The position numbers and the translations under genes were made by a program. From Chiloscyllium plagiosum (lineage: Eukaryota), in contig NC_057719.1 of NCBI RefSeq assembly GCF_004010195.1, positions 33,255,520 to 33,319,519 on the forward strand: a stretch of DNA of 64,000 bases, read 5' to 3'. Positions within the stretch are counted from its first letter, which is position 1. Every line of letters starts with the position of its first letter. Below the pieces are notes generated by a model. That model was not told the origin of the DNA and searched no databases. It was given only the letters and a program-made list of their open reading frames with translations. Shown one piece after another: positions 38,901 through 51,799 of this stretch.

Positions 38901-39615
38901 TGCCTATATTTCTCCGTCGTTGTTAAATGGCCTGTTGTGTGATTCCAGGCTTTATTGACTTTATTTCCCACCAGCCTTGGTAACATAATTCACAGAATGG
39001 TACTTACACTCCCTATGCCCACATCACTAAAAGATTGAACTGCCACGTGACTCTCAGAAGGTTACATTCTAATAGAATGCAAGGTTGCCCTTCATGCAAT
39101 GCATATTGAATCACTCCAGTCTGTTCAGTATAAAGGGCACAACAAAATTAGCAGTTTAAAGGTTTGGCAGCAGTTTGAAAATTAAATGCCTCTTCAGCTT
39201 TCAAAATAGCAGTCATTACTGCCCAAAGAGCACCTAACCCAGGCATTTGCAAATAATAAATACACTTGAAGAAACACGAAACAGATCCCAAAACATGGAG
39301 CTCTCTGAAGAAAAATATGCACCAATTCACTGCTGGACTAAAACTAAACACACAAATGAGTAAAAGACTGGTGGGCTTTTCATACTTGTATGCTCCCATG
39401 CTTCTGAAGATGTAGCAAATTTGTACTTTAATCATCTGCTTATACTGACGTGTGACAGGATGGTTATTCATTCTCATCATCTCCATTGATACTCTCAGAG
39501 TGACACATGATGGTAAAGAGACTGAAAATGTACAGTGAAGTAATTCCTGCCCACATCAGTTTCCATGTAGCTTAAGAATTAATAATTGTTAGTGTAGAAC
39601 CATTTGAAGTGAATC

Positions 39616-39973
39616 ATAGAATCCCTATAGTGTGGAAACAGGCCAATCGGCCCAGTGAGTCCACACTGACCCTCCGAAGAGTATCCCACACAGACCCATT
39701 TCCCAACCCTGTCATTTTCACATTTTACATTTTCCCCTGACCAATATGCCTAACCTACACGACCCTAGATACTTTGGGCAATTTATCGTACCCAATTCAC
39801 CTAACCTGCGCATCTTTGGATTGTGGGAGAAAACTGGAGCATCCAAAGAAAACCAATGCAGACATAGGGAAAATGTGCAAACTCCACACAGACAGTCACC
39901 TGAGGCTGGAATCAAACTCAGGCCCACGACGCTGTGAGGCAGCAGTGCTAACCACTGAGCAACTGTGCCAGCC
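39616..39973 (-). mobile_element. HE1-type V-SINE
   Basis: Same consensus as the other HE1 copies, with tail ..ctatagggattctatg on the minus strand. Confidence 0.9.
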
Positions 39974-40893
39974 AACAGAGTAATGGGGAAAGCTCACCCA
40001 AGATCAAACTGAATGCGCCTCCTTCGAAAGTAAGCAGATCACAATTAGCGAGAAAATGCAAGGGACAGGTAACCCAGGACCAGAAGCAATGGAAAGCTCT
40101 GATAACAACAACATAATTTTTAAAAATGAGTTCTGTTTCTTCATCAGATGTGTTTTTTTTTGTTGTTAATACCTGAAAAGAAATGTGCGTAACTGTGACA
40201 AAGAAGCGATTACAGTTGAAAGCACCTTCCTACAATAGTGTCAGTTAGTATCCATTTACTGCCTTCTTATCACACATCTAGTGACTCAACATTTCATTGT
40301 TATAACCCACTGATATCTCTAATTCTAGCTTGTGTTTCAACCATCAGAATGTGTTATTTTATTACTCATAGAATTTGCAGTTACAAGTGCTGCTAACACG
40401 TATTATCCTGCAGGGCGTTTTTGTTTGCTTCATGAATTGCACCCACACAATAACCCTCCCTCAACCCACTGATTCATAGAAAATTTTATTTGCACAGAAG
40501 CTCCTTCTTACTTGTCCTTCAAGGGGAAGCTGAGTGTGTTAACTACTGACAGTATTCTGAGGAAGGGTCATTGGACCTGAAGCATTAACTCTGACTTCTC
40601 TCTATAGAAGCTGTCAGACCTGCTGAGCTTTTCCAGCAATTTCTGTTTTTGTTTGTGTTTGGTAGAGTTCTGGAGTATACACAAGTGATTGCTGAGGCTA
40701 ATCTGCGCCCAGAAACTTTGGCTGCAAAGAGGAGGGGATCCTACAGATGGCTGTAGTTTGAATAATCTGGTCCTGGGTTACCTGTCCCTTGCATTTTCTT
40801 GCTAATTGTGATCTGCTTACTTTCAAAGGAGGCACATTCAGTTTGGTTGTACCAGTGTAATGATCTTGGGTGAGCTTTCCCCATTATTCTGTT
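39974..40893. repeat. Inverted duplication (arms 39974-40084 and 40766-40893)
   Basis: aacagagtaatggggaaagctcacccaagatc...gtaacccaggaccaga versus tctggtcctgggttac...gatcttgggtgagctttccccattattctgtt; the left arm lacks about 17 nt. Confidence 0.92.
40553..40655 (+). mobile_element. Penelope pLTR derivative (family C) with decayed hammerhead motif
   Basis: tatt CTGAGGA a gggtc-attg-gacct GAAG c ATT aact ... gctgtcagacctgctgagcttttccagcaatttctgttttt. Confidence 0.65.
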
Positions 40894-43800
40894 AAGAAGT
40901 TGGTAGTGAAATCTCTTGTTGAACTGCTGCTGTCCATGTGGTACAGGTACACAGACTTTATTGCATGACCATCCCACCCCAGTTGTGGCTGATACTATGG
41001 CGTGTACTTGGCATGTCAGTTTGGGTGAGGACCTCAGTTTTTTGTATTTTGTCCTGCTGTCTCACCTTCAGAAACTTTGAAGGTAGCTCACAGAAAAGGG
41101 GTCAAGCTTTTCAGCCTAATATTGGTACAGTCTAAGCCTCACATGCAGAAAGCAGAGTGGGTAGGAGTGTTTCTTACAGATGTACTCACCCTCATTTCCA
41201 GACTGCTGGATAAAGTATAAGAAGGATACAATTGCTTTGCCAGTTCTTGCATTTTTCTCATCATCATTATGGACAGGTAGAGACAGCTAAGGTAAGTGAA
41301 TTTATGTGCTGACAACATCTGGCCAGGGAGTTTGAGATCCAAGTAAGGCTTTCATAGAGCAGGCTGTTAATTACTCCAGTGTTCTTCATGGAGATCATAA
41401 GGCTGAAGCTGGATTTATAGGAGGGCAAGACCATGTTACACTGCATTTCCAGCTCTGAACTGGCAACAGTCATCAACAAGCAAGAAATTATGAGGTATAT
41501 CTTTTGCCTAGAGTCTTCTCAGGTATAAAGTCTAAAAATTCTACAGAATTTGAAACATCTGCTCCCAATGTGGAAAGGGATTTTTGAATGAGATGGGAAG
41601 AAATTGTTATTTGAAAATTTAGCTGTGCCTTGACCAGTTTTGTGCTCAAACACTCAACATCACTTACTGCGAGCATAACTTCAACTACAACGTAAATTTG
41701 ACTCCAACTGTCCAGCCAAAAAGAAACTCTACCAAATTACTGGCAGAAGTTACTGATACTAAAAAGTCATGGTTTAAAATCCATGATCCTGAAATGATGA
41801 CCTAGTACACCATGTATAAACAATCAGTTGGTTATTGAAAGTCCTTACTGATATTTCAGTACAAGGTTTATACCTTTTTTAAAAAAAAATGAGTTACAAT
41901 GCTAAGCGAGTATAGAAATAAATGGGGTAAGTCTGTACATAATAGTATCATAAAGTGTAATTTTAAAACCCTGGCATTTACCCTCTTCTCCAATCTTATA
42001 CCTTATGCATTTTAATTTTTCTCCTATAGTGTTGTGCAATAGAAAGCTAAACCATGAGAAACATTTGACATCTATCAAAAGATTAAATGCTGCATTGTTT
42101 GTAAACTTTCTAAGATAACTTTAACATGTGTTATAAATCAATTAAACGTGTTTTAGTTTGTTCCTGTAATATTCTGCATTTTATGGTGTAATCCTAGAGA
42201 ACCATTTAAAATATATTTAAATTGCTAACTCTCTGAAAACATTGTTTCCATTACACACCAATACTCCCAATCTATTATAGCAAACTATTTATGAAATGTT
42301 CACCATTTCTTTGAAAGCAATCTGTATGATGAAAATTACCTTAAAGATCACAAAAACCATGTATATTCACATACATAGACCCTTTAGTGACCATTCATCT
42401 ATAATTTTGTCAATACAGCATTGACTTTGGCCTGTAACTACATTTCAAAACCATCTATTTGTGAAGAGTAGCTGTGTATTCTGCAATGATGACCATTTTA
42501 AGTAAATTTCACTGTGTAGATTTATTGTAGTCCAGCAATAACCCTGCAGGGCTCTAAACTGCAAAGCCTGTGCTTTGAAGCTAAGTTACTTGACAATTTG
42601 TATTGAATAATACTAAACAATGCTCATAAAATTCCAGTGCCCTGAGCAAAAAATATAAGCCAAGCTCCGACACATCCATCACACTAACATAGTAAGTTAC
42701 ATAGTTAGGCTGACAGTCAATGATATAAGTTGAGCTGGAAGGTAATAATCAATAGCATATATTAGAGCTGTTGGTTGAAGTTAATTACAGACATTGACAT
42801 TGTGCATTTTTAATGAGTGGAATAAGATAGCAGCCAAATACTTTACACTAAGACTAGAGGCTGGTAATAAATTGCATGCAGTAGAATTGTAAGGCACCAT
42901 ACAATTATATACGTTGAGGTGGGAGGCTGAAATGAATGACGTGTTAGAGCTGTAAAATGATATTAATGCCAATTTATGATGATTGAATCATATGTTACTG
43001 CGAATGCTGTCACTCTAGTCTATATGCTGAATTGTGTCAAAACATTTTGAATCAAACAAACCTAACTGCAATTAGAATATGCTTTCACCAAAAGTCACAC
43101 AAACGGATAAATCAGTGGAGCAGATATAGAATCAGGTTTATCATTCAATGAGACAATGCATAGTATCATGACATGTACTGAAACTGCCCAATGTCCCATT
43201 AACAGTATGGATCTGATTTTGAAGTGAATAGGTTTGCAGACGTAGATCGATTCTGCATTCGTGACAAGGCTATAGTCTTATCCATTATAGGAACACTGTT
43301 TGCTAACCTACACTGATTCTAGTCCAACAATCACGGAATTTTTAAAAACTATCATTGTTGATTTCAAATCATTCCCTGGCTTTGCCACTCCTGATCTCAG
43401 CAACCTCCTTCGATCCAACAACACTTACAAATTTCTGAACTTCTCTATTGTTGAGTCTACTATATACACAGTTTTCATCTTTCTTCATTAGAGCTTATTC
43501 TCCTAGGCATCCATAACTCACCCTCTAGAATGGTTTCCTTGAATCTCTCTGCATCTCTCTCACTCTCTCTCTCTCTTCTCCAATGAGCTGCACCTTAGAA
43601 TGCAGCCACTTTAGTCAAGAGCTAGGTTACCTGCTCGAATATAGTATTCCCTTAATTAACTCAATGTCAAATTTTGTTTTATTACACTCTGGTTGGTTAA
43701 AGGTGCAACATAAGTGAAATCCATTGTTGCTACTTTCACCTGCAGATCACCGTGATAGTGTTTAGTGATTCAGAAGAAACAATGTTCAATATATGTAACT

Positions 43801-44136
43801 GAAGCTGCATTATATTAAAACTGCCTTTCTTGTGCATCCAGGTGCATACAAAAACTGGTGCATTACTTTGACAGCTAGCCTGAAAGACACAGTGTAAATA
43901 GATAGTGGGCATCTCAGCTCTCAAACATTTGAATAGATTTGGATAATTGGTTCCTTCCAGCAGCCTACCACATTGTGCATGGGTGGTGCTGCACATTGTG
44001 AACTTACAGGGCTATTGCTAAAGTACCATAAATCAAAAAGGACTCAGCGGATGCGGATTGAATATTAAGAGGAACAAAGTGCCTGAACATGCATCATTTG
44101 TCTACATGGCTGTATTTAAAGTGAGACTTTACCTAC

Positions 44137-44269
44137 CTGTAGCATTGCTGAGCTTGAATGAAACCATCTTGTCAGGGATATTACAAACATTTCTGACTGA
44201 TGCAATGCAACTATAATTCGCATAATCCAGAGGACGTAGATTCTTTAATTTCAGGATCTTTATTTCACC
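44137..44269 (-). CDS. MDGA2: MDGA2 internal coding exon (C-terminal half of Ig2), 133 nt, phase 0 to phase 1
   Basis: Translates GEIKILKLKNLRPLDYANYSCIASVRNVCNIPDKMVSFKLSNAT, continuing in frame from ...FFTQ. Acceptor tttttaaacag|GGT, donor ACAG|gtaggt. Confidence 0.95.
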
Positions 44270-44950
44270 CTGTTTAAAAAATAGCAATTGAGTAAGAATA
44301 TACTTTTTGTAATGTAATACTGAATGAACAATACACTTAGTGCAAAAGCACCCCAAAGGTAGTAATACACAAAAGTCTGTAAAACTTAAAATTCAATAAC
44401 TCAAACTTTAAAATTAAGTGTTATTATTTCATGAAATCATGTAACAGTATCAAATATTCTTGAAACTGAACCTGTTTATATATTGGGCTTAGCTTGAACT
44501 TATACAGCAAACTTGACATGTTAGAAAATGTGAAATATTCACAGTGAGGAGGAAAGCACAGCCTGCATTTCAACTAATTAGATTTCAGTTTTTAAAGATG
44601 TCATCATTTGTTGAATTTGTGGTGATACTAAACTTGAAGTTGACCTCATTTGAGGTCACTAACACAAATTACAAGCAAAGCAGGGTGAGCACATTTTTAA
44701 TCATTGATGTGGTCCACAGCCATATTTTTCTTTTTGAGGAAAACAGTTTTACACTTCGACCATCTTAGTAACTACTCTGCTTCATCTGCTGATATTGGCC
44801 TGAACACAAAGATTCTACCTTTTGAGCTATTTTCTAAAATTGAACGATTGAACTAAATAATCCAATAATGATATACAAATGAAAGCTCTTGGCAAATTTA
44901 GGATAGCCTTGAACACTAGTACATTTCATTTTCAGTCTCTATTTTAACTA

Positions 44951-45330
44951 TTGTTGGTTTTGTCCATGGGTTGTACTGGGTCTTTTAAGTTTGTTAGTTT
45001 TTGTTTGAGAGAGTTGGTGGGTTTGTGTGCTACTAGGATTCCAAGGGGTCTCAGTAGTCTGGCTGTCATTTCTGAAATTTCTGAAGCCAGACTACTGAGA
45101 CCCCTCAGAATCCCAATAGCACACAAACCCACCAACACTCTCAAACAAAATCTAAAAAACTTAAAAGACCCAGTACAACCCATGGACAAAACCAACGACA
45201 CCTATAACATTCCATGCAAGGACTGCCACAAACACTACGTAGGACAAACAGGAAGAAAGTTAGCCACCAGGATACACAAACACCAGCTAGCCACAAAAAG
45301 ACACGACCCCCTCTCCCTCATAGCCCTACA
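44951..45330 (+). mobile_element. Penelope family B GIY-YIG fragment with a ~112-bp fold-back
   Basis: ORF ...TYNIPCKDCHKHYVGQTGRKLATRIHKHQLATKRHD (GIY-YIG signature); 44953-45064 is an inverted copy of 45085-45196. Confidence 0.85.
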
Positions 45331-45550
45331 TTTACGCCTTACCTAACACTACGGGCAATTTAGCATGACCAATTCACCTGTCCTGCACATCTTTGGACTG
45401 TGGGAGGAAACCGGAGCACCCGGAGGAAACCCACGCAGACACGGGGAGAATGTGCAAACTCCACACAGTCAGTCGCCTGAGGCGGGAATTGAACACGGGT
45501 CTCCGGCGCTGTGAGGCAGCAGTGCTAACCACTGTGCCACCGTGCCGCCC
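45325..45550 (-). mobile_element. Young HE1-type V-SINE lacking its 3' tail
   Basis: Reverse complement starts gggcggcacggtggcacagtggttagcactgctgcctcacagcgcc, near consensus. Confidence 0.9.
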
Positions 45551-48250
45551 ACTATCTTCCATGTGCCCATCCAAGAGTTGCTTAAATGCCCCAAATGTAT
45601 CTGACTCTACTATCACCACTGACAGTGCATTCCATGCACCCACCACTTTCTGAGTAAAGAACCTACATCTGACATCTCCACTAAACCTTCCTCCAATCAC
45701 CTTAAAATTATGGCCCCTCATGATAGCCATTTCCACCTGGAGAAAATGTCTCTGGCTATCCATTCTATCTATGCCTCCCATCAACTTGGGCACCTCTATC
45801 AAGTCACTTGTCATCCTTCTTTGCTCCAATGAGAAAGCCCGTGCTCCTTCAACACTTCCTCATAAGACATGTCCTCCAGTCTGGGCAGCATCTTGGTAAA
45901 TCTCCTCTGTACCCTCTCGAAAGCTACAATAAGGCAACCAGAACTGAATACAATATTCCAAGTGTGGTCTAACCAGGGCTTTCTAGAGCTGCAGCATAAT
46001 TTCACAGCTCTTAAACTCAGTCCCCTGCTAATGAAAGCCAACAAACTTTCTTAACAACCCTATCAACTTGGGTGGCAACTTTGAGGGATCTATGGACATG
46101 GACCCAAGATCCCTTTGTTCCTCCACACTGCCAAGAATCGTGCCTTTAACCCTGTATTCAGCATTCAAATTTAACCTTCCAAAGTGAATCACCTCACACC
46201 TTTCCAGGTTGAACACTATCTGCCACTTCTCAGCCCAGCTCTGCATCCTGTTGTAACGTACAACAGACCTCCATACTATCCAAGCATCGTGTCACCGGCA
46301 AACTTACGATCAAACCCTTTCACTTCCTCATCCAGGTCATTTATAAAAATTACAAACCAGAACAGATCCCTGCGGAACACCACTGGTCACCGAACTCCAG
46401 GCTGAATACTTTCCATCCATCCTCTGTTATCTATGGGCCAACCAATTCTGTAACCAGACAGACAAGTTTCCCTGTATCCCATATCTCCTTACTTTCTGAA
46501 TGAACCTACCATGGGGAATCTTATCAAACACCTTTCTAAAATCCATATACACCACATCCACTGCTCTACCTTCATCAATGTGTTTTGTCACATCCTCAAA
46601 GGATTCAATAAGGCTGGTGAGGCATGAACTGCCCCTCACAAAGCCGTGCTGACTATCTCTAATCAAACTATGTTTTTCCAAATAACATGTGTCCTGTCTC
46701 TCAGAATCCTCTCCAATAATTTGTCCACCACTGACATAAGACTGACTGGTCTGTAATTCCCAGGGTTATCCCTATTCCCTTTCTTGAACAAAAGGGACTA
46801 GGGATAACCCTGGGAATTAAAAGGATTATCCCTATTCAAACATCCTCCAAACATCTAGCACCATTCCAATAGACAGTAAGGACACAAAGATCATTGCCAA
46901 AGACACAGCAATCTCTTCCCTTGCTTCCCGTAGCAACCTTGGGTATTTCCTATTTGGCCCTGGGGACTTATCTATCCTCATGTTTATCAAAACTTCCAGC
47001 ACATCCTCCTTCTTAACATCAACCTGTTTAAGCATATCAGTCTGTTTCATGCTGTCCTCACAAACAACGAAGTCCCTTTCACCAGTGAATACTGAAGCAA
47101 AGTATTCAATAAGGACCTCCCTACTTCCTCTGACTCCAGGCACAAGTTCCCTCCACTATCCCTGATCAGCCCTACCCTCACTCTGGCTATCCTCTTGTTC
47201 CTCACATAAGTGTAAAACGCATTGACGTTTTCCTTAATATTACCCGCCACGGCTTTTTCATGCCCCCTTCTAGCTCTCCCAAGTCCATTCTTCAGTTCCT
47301 TCCTCTAAAGCCTTGTCTGATCCTTGCTTCCTCAAACTTAAGTATGCTTCCTCCTTCCTCTTGACTAGATATTCCATATCTCTTGCCCTCCATGGTTCCT
47401 TCATTCTACTATCCCTTCCTTGCCTCTGTGGGAAAAACCTATCCAGCACTTCCAGCAGGTGCTCCCTTAACAACCTCCACATTTCTTTCATTCATTTCCC
47501 TGAGAACATCTGTTTTCAATTTATGCTCCACTGTTCCTGCCTAATAGCAATGTAATTCCCCCTCCCCCAATGAAATACATTCTCATACCATCTGCTCCTA
47601 TCCCTCTCCATGAGTATATTAAAGGTCAGGGAGTTATGATCACTATCACCGAGATGCTCTCCGACTAAGAGATCTGTCACCTGACCTGGTTCATTGCTAA
47701 GCACCAAATTCAATATGACCTCCCCTTTAGTCAGCCTATCTCCATTCCTGGACATACCTGTCAAAAACTGGTCCATCCAAAGTATTTGAACTAAGCAGGT
47801 TCCAATCAATATTAAGGAAGTTGAAGTCACCCATGACAACAACCCTGTTACTTCTGCATCTTTCCAAAATCTGCCTCCCAATCTGCTCCTCCATGTCTCT
47901 ATTGCTACTGTGGGGTCTGTGGAAAACTCAGTAGAGTGACTGCTCTTTTCCTGTTTCTGACTTCCACTCATACGGACTCTGACAAGCCCTCCTCAACAAC
48001 TTCTTTTTCTGCACCTGTGATACTAGCCCTGATTAGCAATGCCAGTCCTCCACCTCTTTTACTTCCCTCCCAATTCCTTTTGAAACATCTAAACCCCAGA
48101 ACATCTGACAACCATTCCTGCCCCTGTGATATCCAAATACTGATCCGAGCTCTAAGTTCATCCCCCTTATTCCTGACACTTCTTGTATTAAAATAGGCAC
48201 ACTTCAACCCATCACACTGACTGCAACTTTGCCCGATCAACTGTCTATCA
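45551..48250 (-). mobile_element. Long CR1 LINE ORF2 (APE plus RT), frameshifted
   Basis: Minus-strand peptides LKCAYFNTRSVRNKGDELRA, RGGGLALLIR, HLGDSDHNSL, DKSPGP, SQHGFVRGSSCLTSLIE..DVVYMDF, WAEKWQIVFN, RRMTSDLIEV..FFTQKVVGAWNAL in colinear order. Confidence 0.92.
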
Positions 48251-48571
48251 GCACTAACAAATTTCATGCTAGAACATACAAGTCATTAGTGTGGATTGGG
48301 AAAAGTATATGAACAAAATTATCACTTTTGTAACAATCTCAAACTGAAATTGGCTAACAATGAAAAATATATTAAGTAGCAAATCTTGGTTTGAATTAAA
48401 ATTGAATTTAACTAACAGTTGTAAGCAGATACATGGATTCAAGAGTATAGATTTGTAGTTGTTGCCTGTTTTGAACAGCAAAGTAGGTGCCAGATAAGTT
48501 TCTCAGTCGAATTGAAATTCAGGATCAGCCAGGGATCATGCTTTCAGTCTTTAGTGACATAGAGGATTTAA

Positions 48572-48863
48572 GCCTCATGATCCTTCCGATCTTTTGTGTT
48601 TAAGCAAGTGGTGTTAGAGAAGTTACCTCACGGATAACTGGCTTGTGGCAACCAGGCATTTGTGGTAGGGTCACTTCTGGATCCTTCAACTTCAGCTCTT
48701 CTATCAGTGTAAAGCAGAATTCAGCAAGCATTGGATTTTTCACCTACTTATAGGGAACGCAGGCCGGGATAAGACCATCATGAGACAGGTTAGTTTTACC
48801 CTACAGCTGATTGTGTTGTTGCAATACTAATCCATCTTAGTACGAGAGGAACTGCACTTTCAA
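48572..48863 (+). pseudogene. Decayed 28S rRNA fragment (domain V-VI)
   Basis: Recognisable LSU motifs in correct order: ggataactggcttgtggc, gatccttc, gcagaattc, tagggaacg, tgagacaggttagttttaccctac, and the sarcin-ricin loop agtacgagaggaac (48839-48852); many substitutions between them. Confidence 0.9.
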
Positions 48864-48869
48864 AATCTT

Positions 48870-50480
48870 AAATTGAGTGGTTATGGAGCTAGCTGATGCA
48901 CGGTCAATACGTTCATTTCCAGGTATTACCCTCTGGGCATTCCAAAATTCTTTAAGTTTAGGAAAGCTTCCAGATTGGAAAATAGTGAATGTAACTCCTT
49001 TATTCATCATGGAAGGAATACAGAAATCTGGAAATTACAGGCCAGTTAACTTAAAGCCCATCATAGAGCAGGTATTGAAAATCCTTATGAAATGTGTTAT
49101 AATAGGACACTTAGAAAAATTCAAGGTAATCAGGCTGACTCAATAATCTTTTGCAAAAGACTAGAGACCTGTGACCAGTGGAGTGCCACAAGAATCAGTG
49201 CTGGGTCCGCTACTTTTCATCATTTATAAAAATAATTTGGATGTGACCATAAGCGGTATAGTAAGTAAGTTTGCAAATGATGCCAAAATTGGAGGTGTAG
49301 TGGATAGTGAAGAAGGTTACCTCGGATTACAACAGGATCTTGATCAGATGGGACAATGGGCTGAGGAGTGTCAGATGGAGATTAATTCAGATAAATGTGA
49401 GGTGCTGCATTTTGGGAAAGCAAATCTTAGCAGGACTTATACACTTAATGGTAAGGTCCTGGGGAGTGTTGCTGAACAAAGAGACCTTGGAGTGCAAGTT
49501 CATTGCTCCTCGAAAGAGGATCACAGGTAGATAGGATAGTGAAGGCAGCATTTGGTTTACTTTCTTTTATTGCTCAGAGTATTGAGTACAGGATTTGCAG
49601 GTCATGTTGTGGCTGTACAGGACATTGGTTAGGCCACTGTTGGAGTATTGTGTTCAATTCTCATCTCCTTCCTATTGGAAGGATTTTGTGAAACTTCAAA
49701 GGGTTCAGAAAAGATTTACAAGGATGTTGCCAGGGTTGGAGGATTTGAGCTACAGGGAGACGTTGAATAGGCTGGGATTGTTTTCCCCTAGTGTGTCAGA
49801 GGCTGAGGGGTGACCTTGGAGAGGTTTATAAAATCATGACGGGCATGGATCAGATAAATAGACAAAATCTCTTCCGTGAGGTGGAGGAGTCCAGAACTAG
49901 AGAGTATAGGTTCAGGATGAGAGGGGAAAGATATAAAAGAGACCTGAGGGGCAACGTTTTCACTCAGACGGTGGTACGTGTAACTGAATGAGCTGCCAGA
50001 GGAAGTGGTGGAGGCTGGTATGATTACAACATTTAAAAGGCACCTGGATTGGGATATGAATAGGAAGGGTTTGGAGGGGTATGGGCCAGGTGTTGGCATG
50101 TGGGACTAAATTAGGTTGGGATATCTTGTTGGCATGGACGAGTTGGACTGAAGGGCCTGATTCCATGCTCTATGATTCTCTGACTCTAAAAGGAGAATTA
50201 TGTTTACCCAATTTCTTGGAATTCGTTGAATAACTAACATGTGGATAAAGGACAGTTGGTGGATGTACTGTACTTAGGTTTGCAGAAAACATTGAATAAA
50301 GTGCCATATTAAAGGCTATTGTATAAAATAAAAGCTCAGCTTTTAGCATGGATAGAAGATTGGCTAGCAAACATAAAACAGACCATGTGCATAAATAGGT
50401 TATTTTCTAGTTGACAAGATGTAAGGAATGGTGCCTCAGAGATCAGCGCTTGAGCCACATTTTTTAAAAACTTATATAAC
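48870..50480 (+). mobile_element. Old CR1 fragment interrupted by a younger 5'-truncated CR1 (49160-50187)
   Basis: Outer: DWKIVNVTPLF..GNYRPVNL. Inner: VTSGVPQESVLGPLLF..SKFANDAKIGG..RGDLGEVYKIM plus 3' tail. aaaag is duplicated at 49155-49159 and 50188-50192. Confidence 0.88.
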
Positions 50481-50489
50481 TTTCTCTTT

Positions 50490-51760
50490 CACGATCTCAT
50501 TTTTAAAAAATCCATTTCAATGGTACTGATATGTACCACAACTGTCAATGGTTCACTCTCCTCCAGAATGTCCTGCAGCATCCCTGAGACATCCCTGAAC
50601 CTGGCACAAGGAAGGCAATACACCATTTGAGAATTCCATTTGTGGTCATACCATTGCTTATCAATTCCCCTCAAAATCCAGGCCTCTATCACTAATGTGC
50701 TCTCTAAAACTTTCCTTTCCTGCTATTCAGCAGAGCTAACTATAGTGCCAGAAACTTGACTGTCACTGCTTTTCCCTGAGGTGCCAACCCTAACAGTAAT
50801 CAACATGGTATATCTGTTTGAGAGAGGATGGCCACAGTAGACTCCTTTATTGCCTGCCCATGCTTACTTCTCTGCCGGGTGGTCACCCAACACTTCTCCG
50901 CCTTTAATAGCAGTGTAGAGAGTGTGGTGCTGGAAAAGCACAGCAGGTCAGGCAGCATCCTAGGAGCAGGAGAATCGATGTCTCAGACATAAGCCCTTCA
51001 TCAGGAATGAGGCTTGTGGGCCAGGGGGCTGAGAGATAAATGGGAGGGGATGGAGCTGGGAGGAAGTGAGCTGGGAATGTGATAGGTAGATGAAGGTGGG
51101 GGAGAAGGTGATAGATCAAAGATGGACAGTGGAGCAGATGGATGGGAAGGAAGGATGATGGACAGATAGGACCATTCAAGGGGGCGGTGCAGAGTTGGAG
51201 GCTTGGGACTGAGATAAGGCTGGGGGAGGGGAAATGAGGAAACTGGTGAACTCCACATTGATCCCGTGTGGTTGCAGCGTCCCAAGGCAGAAGATGAGGT
51301 GTTCTTTCTTATGGGTAAGGGTTTAGTGATGGAGGAGGCCCAGGACCTGCATGTCCTTGGTGGAGTGGGAGGGGAAGTTAAAGTGTTCAGCCATGGGGCA
51401 ATGGGGTTGGTTGGTGCGAGTGTCCCAGAGATGATCTCTGAAACGATCCATAAGTTGGCTTTCTGTATCCCCGATGTAGAGAAGACCACATCGGGTGCAA
51501 CGGACACAGTTGATGATATTGGTAGAGGTACAGGTAAATTTCTATTGGATGTGGAAAGATCCTTTGGGGTTTGGACAGAGATGAGGGGAGAGGTATGACC
51601 AGCTCACTAAATGTGCTATGCACCACGTCCTCAACATCATGGACGTTCCATAGTGAGTGCATCAGCAGCTGAACACATCTCCTGCATATATGGTCACTGT
51701 GGACACTGAAGTGTCCATGCGCTCTCACATATTGCAGGAGGAGCATTCCACAGGACCAAA
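50490..51760 (-). mobile_element. CR1 ORF1 remnants (zinc-finger and SGNH esterase-like), split by a Penelope insertion
   Basis: ORF 50489-50692 MVYCLPCARFRDVSGMLQDILE..VVVHIST (esterase-like) and ORF 51387-51746 N-terminal SDHICRRCVQL. Confidence 0.65.
50908..51596 (-). mobile_element. Penelope-like (family A) GIY-YIG region plus pLTR with decayed hammerhead (50973-51008)
   Basis: Minus strand CGLLYIGDT..DRFRDHL..VAEHFN..KDMQVLGLLH..EHLIFCLGTLQPHG; attc CTGATGA a gggcttatgtct GAGA c ATC gatt. Confidence 0.85.
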
Positions 51761-51799
51761 TTCTCTTGCAAAACCAGAGTGGTCTGGCTGCCCTTTTGC

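Noticed and set aside
48572..48863. Functional rRNA gene or R2-type rDNA insertion
   Set aside because: Only ~290 bp, heavily mutated, no flanking rDNA; recorded as a pseudogene fragment instead.
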